From: Blasia pusilla
Taxonomy: Eukaryota
NCBI GenBank assembly: GCA_050084515.1
Contig: CM114271.1
Span: forward strand, 30,876,001 to 30,940,000
Length of the DNA stretch: 64,000 nt
Direction of reading: 5' to 3'
Part shown: piece after piece, positions 1 through 12,969 of the stretch
Numbering within the stretch: position 1 is the first letter of the stretch
Layout of the letters: each line of letters starts with the position of its first letter
Notes under the pieces: model-generated
Told to the model about the DNA's origin: nothing
What the model saw: the letters and a program-made list of their open reading frames with translations, nothing else
Databases searched by the model: none
Translations under genes and position numbers: made by a program

Positions 1-3000
1 CATCACGTGGTGCTGGGTAGAAAAATACTAACCGGCCACCTATTACGAGAAGCCGGGCTGCCATATCTAGTAAGTCATGCAAACACTCTGCCAAAGTATA
101 AGGTGCCGTAGAGGGAATGTGCTCTCTCCTCATATCTTCAGAAATGGTGTACGGATCTCGGATTCCTTGCAACATCTTGCGGCCCCCTGACTTACGCCCT
201 CCCGCTCGGACGCCATATGGCGGATCACATATAACTGCATCAAAGACCTACTCAACGGACAGTCAAAAACAAATTAGCACCTGCTCAATGACCAGCAAAA
301 CAAAATTAGCATCATTTCTCACACTGCCTCAAAGCTCCTTGTTTGTTTCCTCGAGAAGATTCTAGTGCACTTGAGCAGAAGTCAGAGAACCCAAATTATC
401 AAACCTTGGTCTTCACCCGTTTTGAAACAAGCTTGGTGGCCTGTAATCCTGATGCAAATACTCTTAACAGAAGATGTTCTAGAGTATGAAGAAGACCATT
501 AAAGTAGGTAACTCCACAATTGCATCCAGTATTATGCACTCAATCTAACAAGGGAAGGCTGAAGCACACCTCAGAGAGGCCAGGGCGCCAGGGTGGAATG
601 TTGTTGTCTGCTCGGATGAGACCAACAGGGGCTGGAAGATTATACTGGAGGACAATGTCACATGGCCTCGATGAGTTTAGTACAGAAAGTAGACAAATGC
701 TGGATAATGTATGCATTGTTGCAAGAATGTAGAGAGCATGGGCATCTCAATGTGAATATATATATACACACATGTGCACCAATATCAACCAGAAAAGTCA
801 CAGACCTGCTTGAAATTGCTCCAAACATTTTTGTTTGGTCCACGACCATCTCGAACTACCCTAATATCAATATCTGCACCCTACACTCAACCAACACAGA
901 TATGAGAAAGTAGTTGACAACTTCAGTTCTCTCTTGTTCTTCATAGTAGGAAAGCCAAGCTAATGAAATAATCTTTCCACATTACTGGCTTGTAGTGGTC
1001 AAGATGTCAAGAAACAGCAACATGATTAGGCATCTTTGAGCTGCATTTTCAAAGCCATTGCATTTGAACAGGTGATTTTGCTCCAATGATGAAATGAACA
1101 CTTCCTATTTATGTCAGCACAAGTTTGCACAATGGAAACCCAACATTCACAACTGTATTTGTTACCAGAAGGATCTTCCCAAAATAAAGGAATAGCCGTA
1201 AGAAAATAATTGCTTGCCACACTCATTGGTACATGCCTAGCTTTTTCTCATCTTGCTCTCAACTCTCTTAGTAAATATGTAAAAAGAACTGACCATAGTA
1301 AGTGCTCCAAAGTGCGCAGCAGCTACAAGTATACTCCCAGTCCCAACAAATGGATCATACACCAGCTTGCCTGGCTGGGCAAGAGCTTGATTTGCCATTA
1401 GGAGAGCAACTTCAGCATCCATAGCTGTAGGTCCAAGGTAGTTGCGTCGACTTAATTCATATTTTACAATCACCTTCCGGTCTGAGCATCCAATCTCTCG
1501 GCCAAAAATGATGGATGTATTGTCTGCGGGTGGTAATCCATTGTTCAAGTCATTGCCATCTGTCTCGATCACCCAGAATTTATGCTGTGGGTTCTTCAAT
1601 TGAACGTCACCCTAAGGATAGGAATTCCAAAACACGCTTCCACTAATCAGCATTTGCAGTGGTTGAAGCCTACTTCTGGAAAGCTCAAGAAAATAAAATC
1701 GTCCCACTTCAATAAGCCGAGATGAGATTTGAACACACCTTAAAAGGAATGTACGTAAATGAATGAATTCGCTTTGTTTGTTCTTCATTGGTAAAAATCT
1801 TCCCAAACGCATCCACAACAATTTTGAAAGTGCTGTTTTCATGCAGATATGGATCTTTTCTCTCTTTGGGGTAACTCTCAATGGCTGCCTGTAATTCCTC
1901 ATATGTTCTTCCTTCTCCCCAGACTTCAAATATCCCTTTCACAAGAACACCTGTACAAAACACCGAAGCAAAATGAGTGGGATGTGCCAACCCAACTGCA
2001 ACTGGAAAATGATCATGGCTTCCACAGATTAATTTGGAAATTTTGCTGCTCATTTGACTGGTTAGCTAGTAGAGGTAACCCCTCCTGAATCCGGAGAAGG
2101 AAATTGCATTTAAGTGCAATCAAATGGTAAAGGGTCAAAATATGAATCTGTACCCAGGAGTTGCAAGGTAACTCAAGTAATAACAAAAACGGACAAGCTT
2201 GTAGGAACGGTGAGGCTGTGTGCCAAAGATTGGGAAAGGCCAATCTGTTCGTCAGTAGAGGAGATCCATGCAGGGTCAGGTTTCCTTGACTTAGTCAAGG
2301 AAACTGTACAGTTCCCTTGGATGAGTCAAGGTATTGGACAAATCTGCCTATGCTGGCAATGTGGTGAAGGTACCGTATTTTTCCTGTTTCCACATGCCTC
2401 AATCAATAACAGACATTTTCATTGATAGTTTCAAGGACTTGCCCATCTTCATTTGGCATTTCTCTGATTCATTAGAGTATATGAAGTTCTAGAGAAAAGT
2501 CATTCCATGCAGAACATCAATAGATCCCTGTGTGGTGTGGTCAACTTGCTGCATTATACTTGAATCAAGCGACAATAACCAGCAGCGAACTTTGTAATGA
2601 CTATCTGAACACGAATTATCATTTACACCACCACTTCCTCATTACAGGTTCAGGATATTACCATAAGCTTTCCTTACGTTTTGAGTCTCTACTACCTACT
2701 GCTCCGGCAAGACACTTTAAGTAGTTTCCTAAAATATCTTTGTGAAAACAGTTCACTAGTGTAGCAAATGGGATGAGTGTAAAAGGAGGAGAGGTGAAGA
2801 AAGTACTACACGAGAGGACAGAGACTCATAAAACTGGCAGTAGTGCAAACAGAGCCTTAGTGTGGAGCTAACATGGTATCAGCCATGAAGCTAGTCACGA
2901 GCCAATCCACCATAGCTGAATTGGGACCACTACAAATATTATTACAATTCGGTGCAAAAGCTTTGGGCCACGATCTAAGCTTACAGGCTTGGAGCACAGC

Positions 3001-3844
3001 TATGGAAACACTACTTTTTTCTTTACAGTAAAACCCCTGAAGATTGCCATAATTTTAATTCATAAGTCAGGCATTCAAAATACCATTAAACCCGAATTTG
3101 CTACAAGACCTGAGAGAGAGAGTTTGGATTTATTTTTCTTGGCTTCATGGCCAATGTTCTGATGCTAGATTTCTTCCACTGCTTGAACTACTACTCAAGT
3201 TAGGGAGACTATTCACGAAGAACTAGCTTGACGACCATAGACCCCAGATCCTGGTTGGATAGTACTAGAAACTTGGATAACCACACAAAGAGGACGAAGT
3301 GAAGAAAGTACATATGAGAGAGACTCTCTCATAAAGTGTGAAGTCTTACCATAACTGGGGATATAGAATTAGTTGGTGAAGTCATTTATTGTAAGTGGGG
3401 ATCCAAGATTGGACATGGTGAGAGACTGTGCTCATTAGTAAGTGTCTGCACGTGCGTTGCGACCATACACCTCGAACCCTGGTTGGACGGTGCAAGTGAC
3501 AACGATAGGTGCAGGAGAAAGAAAATGTGGAGAAAGCACCATATGAGAGGGGGGAGATGCTCAGCTTAGTGTGAAAACTCACAAGACAGACTGTTTGTAC
3601 GGAGCTTCCAGGTGGTAGCGACGAGATCCTCTACAACAAAACCTACTTTACGCTTAGTTTAGACCCCAAAAGACATCTAACATCAACGACCAGCTCTGGT
3701 GATACTTGCCAATTTCCAGAAGTACCGAGGGGGATGGGGGGAGACTGTCTTCATTATGTAGGGTGGGGGAGAGAGAGAGAGAGACTGTACTCATTAAGTA
3801 GTGCCTGTCTTGCGACCATAGAACCCGCGCCCTGGTTGCACAGT

Positions 3845-3895
<51 letters not shown>

Positions 3896-4127
3896 GAGAG
3901 AGAGTGAGTGAGAGCGTACTGCGAGAAACAATCTTTCGGGCGATGTCTTCAGAAGGGAGATAGATGTAGTAGAAGGGAGAATCGGGATGGTGATGGGGTG
4001 ACTGTTTCCACCGCAATTGTGATGTTTCCTCCTCTGTGCAGCTGGCCTGGAATAATCTCGCTAATGAGTTGACTTCTGGAATACGGTAATCCAGCAGTCT
4101 GTGCAGAAAATAGCACAGGTACCACAT
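1..4127 (-). CDS. TRM11: tRNA (guanine(10)-N2)-methyltransferase TRM11/TRMT11 homolog; 3' end runs off the window. Exons: 4127-3920, 1950-1739, 1611-1294, 880-806, 644-570, 247-<1
   Basis: GT-AG joins keep the frame: MWYLCYFLHRLLDYRIPE...SRSVLVKGIFEVWGEG...YLGPTAMDAEVALLMANQALAQPGKLVYDPFVGTGSIL...GADIDIRVVRDGRG...NVWSNFKQYNLP...FDAVICDPPYGVRAGGRKSGG. SAM-binding DPFVGTG and DPPYG motifs are typical of TRM11. Confidence 0.95.
3771..3911. repeat. (GA)n/(CT)n microsatellite at the 5' end of TRM11 intron 1
   Basis: GA dinucleotide runs, longest about 3849-3883. Confidence 0.9.
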
Positions 4128-4849
4128 CTTCTTCCGCTGTCTTTTAGACCAGTCCCATAATGATTGTCAATACGCTGATGATGTATCCAATTCTCCAGTA
4201 ATGGTCTCAAACTCTTCTCCCTCCAACGACCAGATTCAATTTACCGGGTGCAAGAACACATCAGCCAACTGCAGGGATACAACATGATTTGCATTTTAGT
4301 GCTCTTGAACAACTTTCCTGGATAAACGGAATCCACGGCTATGAAGTTGCGACCTGCTCCGAGAACGGTACTCGCGACGTGTACTTCGTGATTGCAAAAA
4401 ACGCAAAAGTTCTGGCCTCAATACTTCTGAATCCAACAGCTTGCCAGGCTGCCTGTGGAAAAGCTCAAGTCAGGAATGATGAAAAGGCCCGAATGAAAAG
4501 TCGCAACCTTCATCTCCTCAATTCCCTCGTTACACTTCGGTTGAGGCACCATACAGCTCTTCGAAGGTAGGTGATACGGTGGGAAGATCCACAAGCATCT
4601 GAAAGGTCACCAACTATACCTCCTGCCTACGATTCAAAATTCCAAGCAATTGGCAGTGGCCAATGCAGACGTCCGCCGAGCTCAAATCACATAGACGACT
4701 GACCAAGCCCTACTGCTTAGAACTCCTGAACTTCCTTAATGTCACTCGTACAATATTTTGAAGCACTATTCAAATTGAATGATGCGTTGCAGACGTACAT
4801 GTTACCTGGAAGTAGAAGTGGAACGCGAGTCACAAGACCTTAGGTCATA

Positions 4850-4881
4850 CTCAGGCCCACACGCACGCAGGGTTTAGGGTT
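4850..4881 (-). promoter_or_regulatory. Probable TRM11 proximal promoter: site II-like GGCCCA plus telo-box (TTAGGGTT)
   Basis: AGGCCCAC near 4853 and GGTTTAGGGTT at 4871-4881 lie upstream of a likely 5'UTR intron donor (CAG|GTAAC on minus, near 4805). This motif pair is typical of plant translation-related housekeeping genes. Confidence 0.45.
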
Positions 4882-5007
4882 CTAGTCGTTCTTATTCCGA
4901 GTGAAGGGACTAGCCAAAAAAATTATTTTTTTAAAAATCGTGTTAGTAATATGGAAACTGTTTGAGTTTTTTTAATTTAACAGTTTGATTTTTTATTTAA
5001 AGTTTTA

Positions 5008-7268
5008 TGTCGTGCGCATACACATCGTTCCACAACATGCATTGTTGTCATCGAACACACATACAAACACGCACGATTTCATGTTAACTCAAGACGTCCA
5101 AACAACAAGTATCAAAATATCTCCAATAAAATAAAATTCAATCTTTCTCGCAACATCATAATTCTCACATGTGTGCAGTCTCACATGTCTCTCTCAATTT
5201 CAAACCAAACCCACTCTCCTAATGAGAGGCTTAGGTTATACACACAAAACAAACAAGATCATAACTCCGCCGCCTCACGCCAAAAGGTTAAACAAAGAGC
5301 GAATGAGCTCTCAAGCTCTCTCTCCTTGAGGTATACCCCTCCTCTCTCCCAAACTCTCTCCATGGTAACCTATCCTCCCAAGTCACCTCCTTGGCTCTTG
5401 ACCTGATGTAGGAGGTCAAGCGCCACTGACCAAAAATAGAAAGTCAATCATATACTCAAAATGATACTTATCTAAAATAGTATGTTTCTTAATATGGCTC
5501 CTAATGAGCCAAAATGAAGGGGAAACCTACTCTCTCAAGTTTCCTGGGGCCTCAGCAGGTAATTCTCAACCTGCTGAGCGTGTCCTCCACTACTCACGAA
5601 GGAGCTCTACTAGATCTCACCGATCTATCCTAAAACTCATGGCATCCAAACAACGAGACAAGAAGTACCAAGATATCTCCAATTGCCCTCCTAGTTCGTG
5701 GTTAGGTCCCTCTAACTCCAAATAGTCATCTATCCCTACCTACCATGACATACATCTCTCGGACGCTAAGAGCAAGAAGGCCGGGTGCTCATATGGCCCC
5801 ATCGTTAGTCGCCTTCTTGTCATCCATGTCATAGACACAAGTCGGAATGTAGAACTACCTACTCTATGTACATCTTGGACACATCCATCGTCCTTGAGGA
5901 ACCCTACTGAGAGATGGCGTCAAACATGCCATATGCCATCCTCTCGAACATCCATCACAGACTAGCATAGTGGCTGCACCACGGGCAGAACCACACAACA
6001 TACACTTCAAGCCTGCAGAAACTATTGCTAAGCTCGGATCAACTATACCGTCAATGTTCGGAAGATGATATGGCGCACAGTTACGCACATGGTCCTTCCA
6101 AACCATACCATCGTATCCCTCCAATAAGACAACACACGATGGCAAAACCTCACGCACTCTCAAGATGGTGCGCCCTACAGTCACATCCAACATCGTGGGT
6201 GTCGTCTATTGCAAGTAGACATAGTCTCCTTGATGAAACCTCCGGAGAGTAGGTCGATAATCACCTCCCGAATAGTCGCATACCTCAACGTATCCCGATG
6301 TTGTGCAATCGCCAAGTTCTCAAACGCCATGGGCATCACTCTCCGAAACAACTCAGCCCTCTGAGAACATGCTCGCATCCATACATCAGGGTCATCAAGG
6401 TTCAACACCTCACTAGTATATCGACGAATGGCCGCACGTAAATCTGGCTCTTAGCCATAATGCAACAAGTATGGTGAGAAAGACGCTAAGGATGCTTGTC
6501 TGCTGAATCTGTATCCCATCGCCAACCATGGCAACTGAAGGTCCTAATCTCCTAGGTGACCTCTGTGCAAGCCATACTTGCGTAGTCCTCTCTTTACCGT
6601 CTGCACAACCCGCTCCGCTAGTCCATCCGCCTTAGGATGATCTCGCGAAGTAATGCGGTGGTCGATTAGTGCCTGATCACATAAGGCCTGAAACTCCATG
6701 CGGAACTCTATACCCTGGTCTATCAACACCTCAGCTGATGCACCGCAATGACTTAGCACTGGATCTAGGAAGGCATATGCTACTCCCTCACTCGCTATGT
6801 CAGGCAATGCAACCAACTCTATCCACTTCGAGAAATGCTCGACCATCACCAACACATAACGACTATGGCGCTCTGTCAAAGGCAAAGGTCCTACAAAATC
6901 CAAACTCCATCTATAACCTAAATCCATGATCGAAATTGGATGCAACTATAGAGTTGGAGCATTGAACTATGCTCGGACTCGATCACACACCATGCATCTG
7001 GCAACAAACTGCTAAACGTCAATCTGCATGCCTCGCCACCAATACTGAATCTACAGCAAGCTGTATGTCCGCTTCACTCCAAAATGACCCAACTCTTCGT
7101 AGGCATGACGCACCGAACGTGCTCTCTCGAAAGGATGAGGCACTACACGCACTCTACCATCCTCCCACACTTGCAATACATGTGTGCCCTCCCAACGGAA
7201 CCGTCTGGCTCGTTGTAGGATCCGATCGCACTCTCTAGCACCCACTGTGCTCGCGAGGCTGCCAGTAC
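5008..7268 (-). mobile_element. Ty3/gypsy-type element, 3' part: integrase, PHD finger, terminal repeats (partial B1 5635-5682, A2 5127-5634, B2 5008-5126)
   Basis: Inverted copy of 12970-15326. Ends in ...CGCACGACA at 5008. Confidence 0.9.
5864..7260 (-). pseudogene. Retroviral-type integrase (HHCC + DDE) with C-terminal PHD finger, disrupted by stops and frameshifts
   Basis: ELGHFGVKRTY...CMVC; WSLDFVGPLP...VLIDQG...ADGLAERVVQTVK; PHD CMLC...LVCDGC..GWHMACL.P.L..VPQGRWMCPRC. Confidence 0.92.
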
Positions 7269-8210
7269 CACCATCCACCATCCATCATCGGCCGTTGCCG
7301 TTGCCTAGCGCTACTCAGAGCCGCATTTGGCTGTTGTCCACCCTTTGGTTGCCATTGCCGCCATTACGGAGTGGAGGATCTTCCACGACCACCATTGATT
7401 CTCTAACTTGGGTCGCCACCACGTACTTTGGTTTGGCCACCACCGTCATCGTAGATTCTCATCAACCAGTGATGGTAGGTGACCTCAGGTTATGGTATTT
7501 GAGTTTTCATTTCATGTTGCTATGTTGGGAATGGTAGCCGCTCGACGATGATCGAGTACTGTGCCGTGACGCCCGTAGCCGCAACGCGCCACTGATTGCC
7601 GCGCCGTGTCGCATGTGGCCGCACTGCACCATCTCGATCGCGAGCCGCTCCTTCACTAAGGTGAATGTGAATTTCTGATTGAGGATGGTATCCCGCTGAG
7701 TGCCGTGCCGTTTGTAGCCGTTCCGTGCCGCAACGGACCGCTGGACCTGCACTGCACATCGAGGAGGTTTGAGCAGCGTCAGTACGAGAGGAGTACAACT
7801 TGCTGATTGGAGGAGTTGTCTTCACGACCAAGTTGGGATCGAGATTTGCAGTTGTCGAGGAGCAATATCGACATTATTGTCAGGTTACCCATTCTAGTCT
7901 CTTACCCTACACGTGTGAGGGATTTTCGGATATTGGGAAGTGATTTGGGATATTGGGTTTCGTGCTGATGCTAGAAGCATCGATGATGTATGGGTTTAGG
8001 GGACATAGACCTATGTGGGATGTCCAGAGTTGAGGATGGTTTGTCGATGAGACGATAGATCGGTTGATTTGCCGCACCACGTTGCTTGTTGCCGCACAAC
8101 ACACATCTTAGTGAGAGAGTGTAGATTGAGTGCCGCAAGTTTAGTTTGAGTGATTGAGGGATTACTCACGAGATTGAGAGTGATCATGTGAGAGGGGCAC
8201 GAGGGCCATC

Positions 8211-10800
8211 ACGACGTCCTTTCGGGATTTTGAGAGGCGAGGTAGTGGACCTGAGAGTAGCTCTGGAGGGTTTACCCGGAGTGGTGCGAGGTTTCGAGGG
8301 TCTCCACATGAGAGACCACCTCGATCTCCTTTTGTGTCGTCTTCAGACAAGGGGGAGCATGTAGAGGAGTGTGTTAGTGATCCACCATACACATTGAGTG
8401 GTCCTAGCAGTTGGGTGTACGAGATGGACAACCGGGGTAGAGGACCGCGTAGGTTTTTGGGTGTTGTAGGCACCATAGAGCTACACGACTTCATTGCGGA
8501 GTTGAGGAGTTTGTGTGACTCACAACGGGCTAGGAACTCTAGAGAGTTCAACCTGTTTACAACATGGAACGGTATGTTCCAGCATTTAGAGGGGACGCCC
8601 ATGGACGATTACCATGAGTTCTCCCCCAGATATGCCTAGGAGATTGAGGCATGACGACTCTATTATGACCCACAATATGTTTCATGGACGGAGCCGTTCC
8701 TAGATGAGGAGGAGGAGTCAGGAGAGGCTACTTCCTCTTCCACTAGTGATTTTTTAGAAGGGGTCACTCGCATTGGAGCAGTTGCACCATCTAGTCGGGT
8801 TCGTCCCAAGTTCAACCCCGTGGTTGAGCTCTTTGTTGAGTTGAGGGCGAGCTACCAGGGGGTACGGATGGAGAAGTTGCGGAGCATCCACAACTTCCAG
8901 AGGCGCCCGGGTGAGAGTTTGCATGAGGCTTACACTTGCTTGCGTTGGTTGATCAACGTCACTCAGGGGATGACAGAGGCTCAGGCTATCCAGTCATGGT
9001 ACGCGATGTTGGACCGGATCCTGCGGACACGGGTGCGGGAGAGGGTGCTTATTATGAACACCTCCCCTACTTTGAGAGATGTTTTTAGGACCGTCGAGAA
9101 CATTGAGTGCAACATGGCGGAGGAGAGCGTAGCTGCCATGGGTTCTGGGCGAGAGCAATCACGATTGTCTACACCACCTGTGCAGCAACGTGGACTCCGA
9201 GATAGGTCAACTGTGGCACCACGAGCTCAAGGAGGATACCGGGAGGCCGTGCCACAAAGACCTGCACCTTCATATGGGGCTCACCAGCAACTGCCTACTA
9301 TTACTTGTTGGTCAAAGGTGGAGCCCATCATCAGCGCGATTGCACTCGTCAGGGTCATGGACGTGTGCCTCAGCATGGAGGAGGAGATGGTGCTACACCA
9401 AGAGGTTATCAGTGTGACTATTGTCAGAGGTATGGTCATACATGCGCCAGATGTTTCAGTTTACATCATGAGTTACGTCCGGACCGAGGGTCAGAGAGGG
9501 CACCAGAGTGAGTAGCCGGTCTGGGTGGGGCTAGAGGTCGTGCACCAGGTGGTCCAGTTGGGGGACGAGGAGCTGGAGTTTCCCGACATGGTGGTGGAGC
9601 TGCCCGTGGAGGAGGTAGAGTCCCTCCACCTCGACGCGTCGAGGGAGATGCCGAGCGTGAGGCTGGGATGGCTGCTCAGATACAATAGCTACAAGAGCAG
9701 ATTGCCGCCATGGCATTGAGGTTACCCGATGCCAGATTCGTGGCATCGACATCATATGGAGCAGCCAGAGACATGTAGGATCCTGGTTGGATGTGCAGGG
9801 TTGCCCAAATGGAGGCCGCCGTAGTTGTGACGCGTGGAGCAGCTGCAGAGTGGGATCCACAACGAGGGGAAGCGAGGAAATAGACTAGGCTTCCTCAGTC
9901 TTTCACGTTGTCTGAGGCGATGAGGACCCCATCAATGGATCCTGATCAGAGTTCCTGGAGAGTTGGTGATGTTGTTGGTGTGCAAGCACGGAGGGCGATG
10001 GGAGAAGCAAGTGCGAAGACTCCTATTGTTGATGCTCATGAGGGGCATGTGTCGAGCACGTTGTTGAGGGCGGCGACCGTCGTGTACCGCGCTCCTTTAT
10101 TTTCTGCTTTCAATGTTATGACGTTGGGAGGTATGCCCCCCGAGGTTTTTCTGCTGGCCGCAATGCTATGTGAGCATGGAGTTGGAGTTCCTACATCACG
10201 TTCAGAGGTGATTGCAGAGGAGGTGATGGACCTGCCCTTGGAGCGGATGCTCGGGCCATCCACGTCAGATTCATGGCAGGCTGCACCTGCTAGGATGGCG
10301 GAGATGCCCGCTAGACCCGCGATAGAGCGTGCTATGGTTTCTCCTGGTGTTGTGTTGATGGATAAACAGGGAGAGGTCTTCTAGTTGGTCAGGCCTGGAG
10401 GTAGAGCTTTTAGTCCGCAACGCATCTTATTGGATTCAGGAGCGCAACCCCTGATGTTGGGGAAAGCGTCATTCAGAGGATTGGGCTTGACGAGAGCCAA
10501 TGTGGAGCGTTGTCCATTCCGGATACAGACATCCTTGCGTGGAGCAAGTACCACTCAGTATATCATCCGACAGGAGGTCGTGGTGAGGATTCGCCCAAGA
10601 CATCCTACAGATGAGTCCGTGGTGCGAGCCAAGGCAATAGTGAGTGATGCAGAGTCCTACAACGTCTTGGTTGGTGGAGCAGTGTTATACCCGATGGGAT
10701 TTTCCCTAGATTACTGGGTGGAGTCTGCGTCGTATAGACCAGGATGGCAGTTAGGTGATGGGCGTCTTAGCTCATTATCTATTTGATTCACAGGTGCAGT
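8211..10800 (+). pseudogene. Gag (two CX2CX4HX4C zinc knuckles) and aspartic protease, degenerate
   Basis: Gag-like FQRRPGESLHEAY. Knuckles CWS(C)GGAHHQRDC and CDYCQRYGHTCARC. Protease active site ILLDSGAQ. Confidence 0.85.
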
Positions 10801-11145
10801 GATCGAGCGACGGCGAGGACATATGGCGACCTTAGCAGCATTTAGCAGTGCCATCACTCGGCTAGTGATTTGATTGAGGGACATGTCCATGCAGAGGAAA
10901 CTCCCGTTCTTGACATTTCTATGGAGAGGAGTGTCATAGTAGCTGCATCAGTTTGTGGAGGAGAGGTGCCGCTTTGGGGCTCGACTAAGGAGCTTCGACG
11001 CTTAGCCACTGAGCATGTGCAGACCGCGTGGAGCAAGATATTTGCACTAGAGTGTGACGGGTCAGAGGAACCCTAGGTAGGCAAGAGTGTTGCTATGACC
11101 CCTTTGGACACCACCCCAATTGTGTGGTGCATCCCAGAGAGGGGT

Positions 11146-11648
11146 TTTCGGGTGTTGGATCTCTTTGGAGGGATCAGCACTGGATTAGCTGTTGTTTTGC
11201 ACGGTGGAGTGCGCGCGCAGCAGTACCTATATGTGGAGATTGATGATGTTGCGAGGCGCGCTTCACTTCACCATGTGGCGCTTTTACGCCTCCATTTTCC
11301 TGACTTGTTGTGTGCGTCCGCCATTCAAGGTTACCAGAGTTTCCTACCGAGGGACATTTCATTGTTGGGGGCGTAGGACTTGGAGCGGGTAGGGACCATA
11401 GACTTGGTCATTGCTGGTTGGCCGTGTCACGGCCAATCAAGTGTTGGACGAGGTAGCGGGTTAGTTGACACTCGGTCCAGGTTGTTTTGGGAGATGATAC
11501 GGATCTTGCAACATTTACAGGAGCATCAGTCTCGTTCTCCAACATACATTTTGGAGAATGTGCCAATTTTGGGCGATTCAAGGTCCCGCGTGGTGACGAG
11601 TGCACATTAGGTGGGCGCATGGATCGGCCCGGAAGTGTTGTTAAATGC
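11146..11648 (+). pseudogene. C5 cytosine DNA methyltransferase domain, N-terminal half (motifs I-VI), in the polyprotein frame
   Basis: Motif I RVLDLFGGI, motif II YVEID, motif IV DLVIAGWPCHG (catalytic PC at 11422-11427), motif VI YILENV. One internal TAG; truncated by a deletion at about 11648. Confidence 0.93.
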
Positions 11649-12770
11649 ATGCAAAGGTCTTCAGTTCATCGGATTTTCGAGCCAGGTACCATCAGCTACC
11701 TATCAGATTGGAGGACAAGCAAAAGACGACATTTTGGGGCATCGATCCTCACGAGAAGGATTGTTTGTACCAGTGGCGGTTCTTACCATTTGGGTTTAAG
11801 AATGCCCTCAGAGGGTCATGGATAGGATCTTGGCAGGTCTGGATTTTGCTAAGTGTTATATTGATGACATCGTAGTCTTTAGCGCCACGGTTGAAGAGCA
11901 TGAGCGACATCTAGAGGAGGTGTTTTGATGATTGCAGTTACATGGGCTGAAGCTACATCTAGGCACGTGCAAGTTCTTCTACGACAAGATTGAGTACTTG
12001 GGTCATACGATATACCCTGGGGGCCTTTGTGTGCAATAGACAAAGGTAGAGGCTATTTTATGCATTCCACGTCCTACAGATGTGAGTTGAGTTCGTACAT
12101 TCATGGGATTGGCAAACTTCTATCGACGGTACGTCAAGGGTTTCAGTTCGATTGCGAAGCCACTAACCTTGATGACCAAGGTGGATCAGGAGTGGCACTG
12201 GGGGGATGAGCAAGAGAGAGCATTTCACATGCTCAAGGATCATACTCCTGCAATAAAAGAGCCCACCTCGCAAGCTTCCCTGTAAGCTTGTTGGACTCCA
12301 TCAACCACTTAAGTGGCTAATGATCAGTAATGATGGTAAAGGGATTGCCGAATAGATAGCATCTGAAATGTGCGACAACCCACATTACAGCCAAGCACTC
12401 ACCCTCATACGAGCTATACTTCGCCTCTGCAGCGTTGTTTGAGCGACTAGCATAAGTCACCATGAACTCTCTACCATCATCGTCATGCTGGGTGAGCACG
12501 GCTCCAAGCCCCAACATGCTCCAATCGGTATGCAACAGGAAAGGATGACCCTTGATCGGTCTCCTCAATATGGGCGCAGACGTCAATCTTTCCTTGACGT
12601 CATCTTGGTTTACCATCCCAGGTCTATGCACCACATGGAAGTCACTTGAGCATCTGAAATGCTCAAGGATCCATGTGGTGCATAGACCTGGGATGGTAAA
12701 CCAAGATGCAGATGGTTTGAGTCGTAACCCATGCCCGAGTCAGCGAGATGCGACTGGAGCTCGTTAGCAT
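11647..12770 (+). pseudogene. Reverse transcriptase and RNase H, degenerate; RNase H core (about 12240-12596) inverted
   Basis: HAKVFS.DFRARYHQ, KTTFWG, LPFGFKNA, CYIDDIVV, FMGLANFYRRYVKGFSSIAKPLT. On the minus strand LHTDWS..GLGAVL..YASRS..YSSYEGECLAV..TDH. Confidence 0.9.
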
Positions 12771-12969
12771 GGTGAGAGTGATGAGAGTGATAAGGAGTTG
12801 GTGCCAGGATGGTATGTGTCAGCCTATTTGGGCTTGTTGGCTATGGAGAGCCAGATTGCGGAGACTTCGATGGCGAGGTCTGATGGAGAGTCCTTAGATC
12901 CAGAGGCCGGTGAGGAGACGACAGGTGGCCGAGATATTCCCGACGATGGAGTGGTCTAGGAGTATCTAC

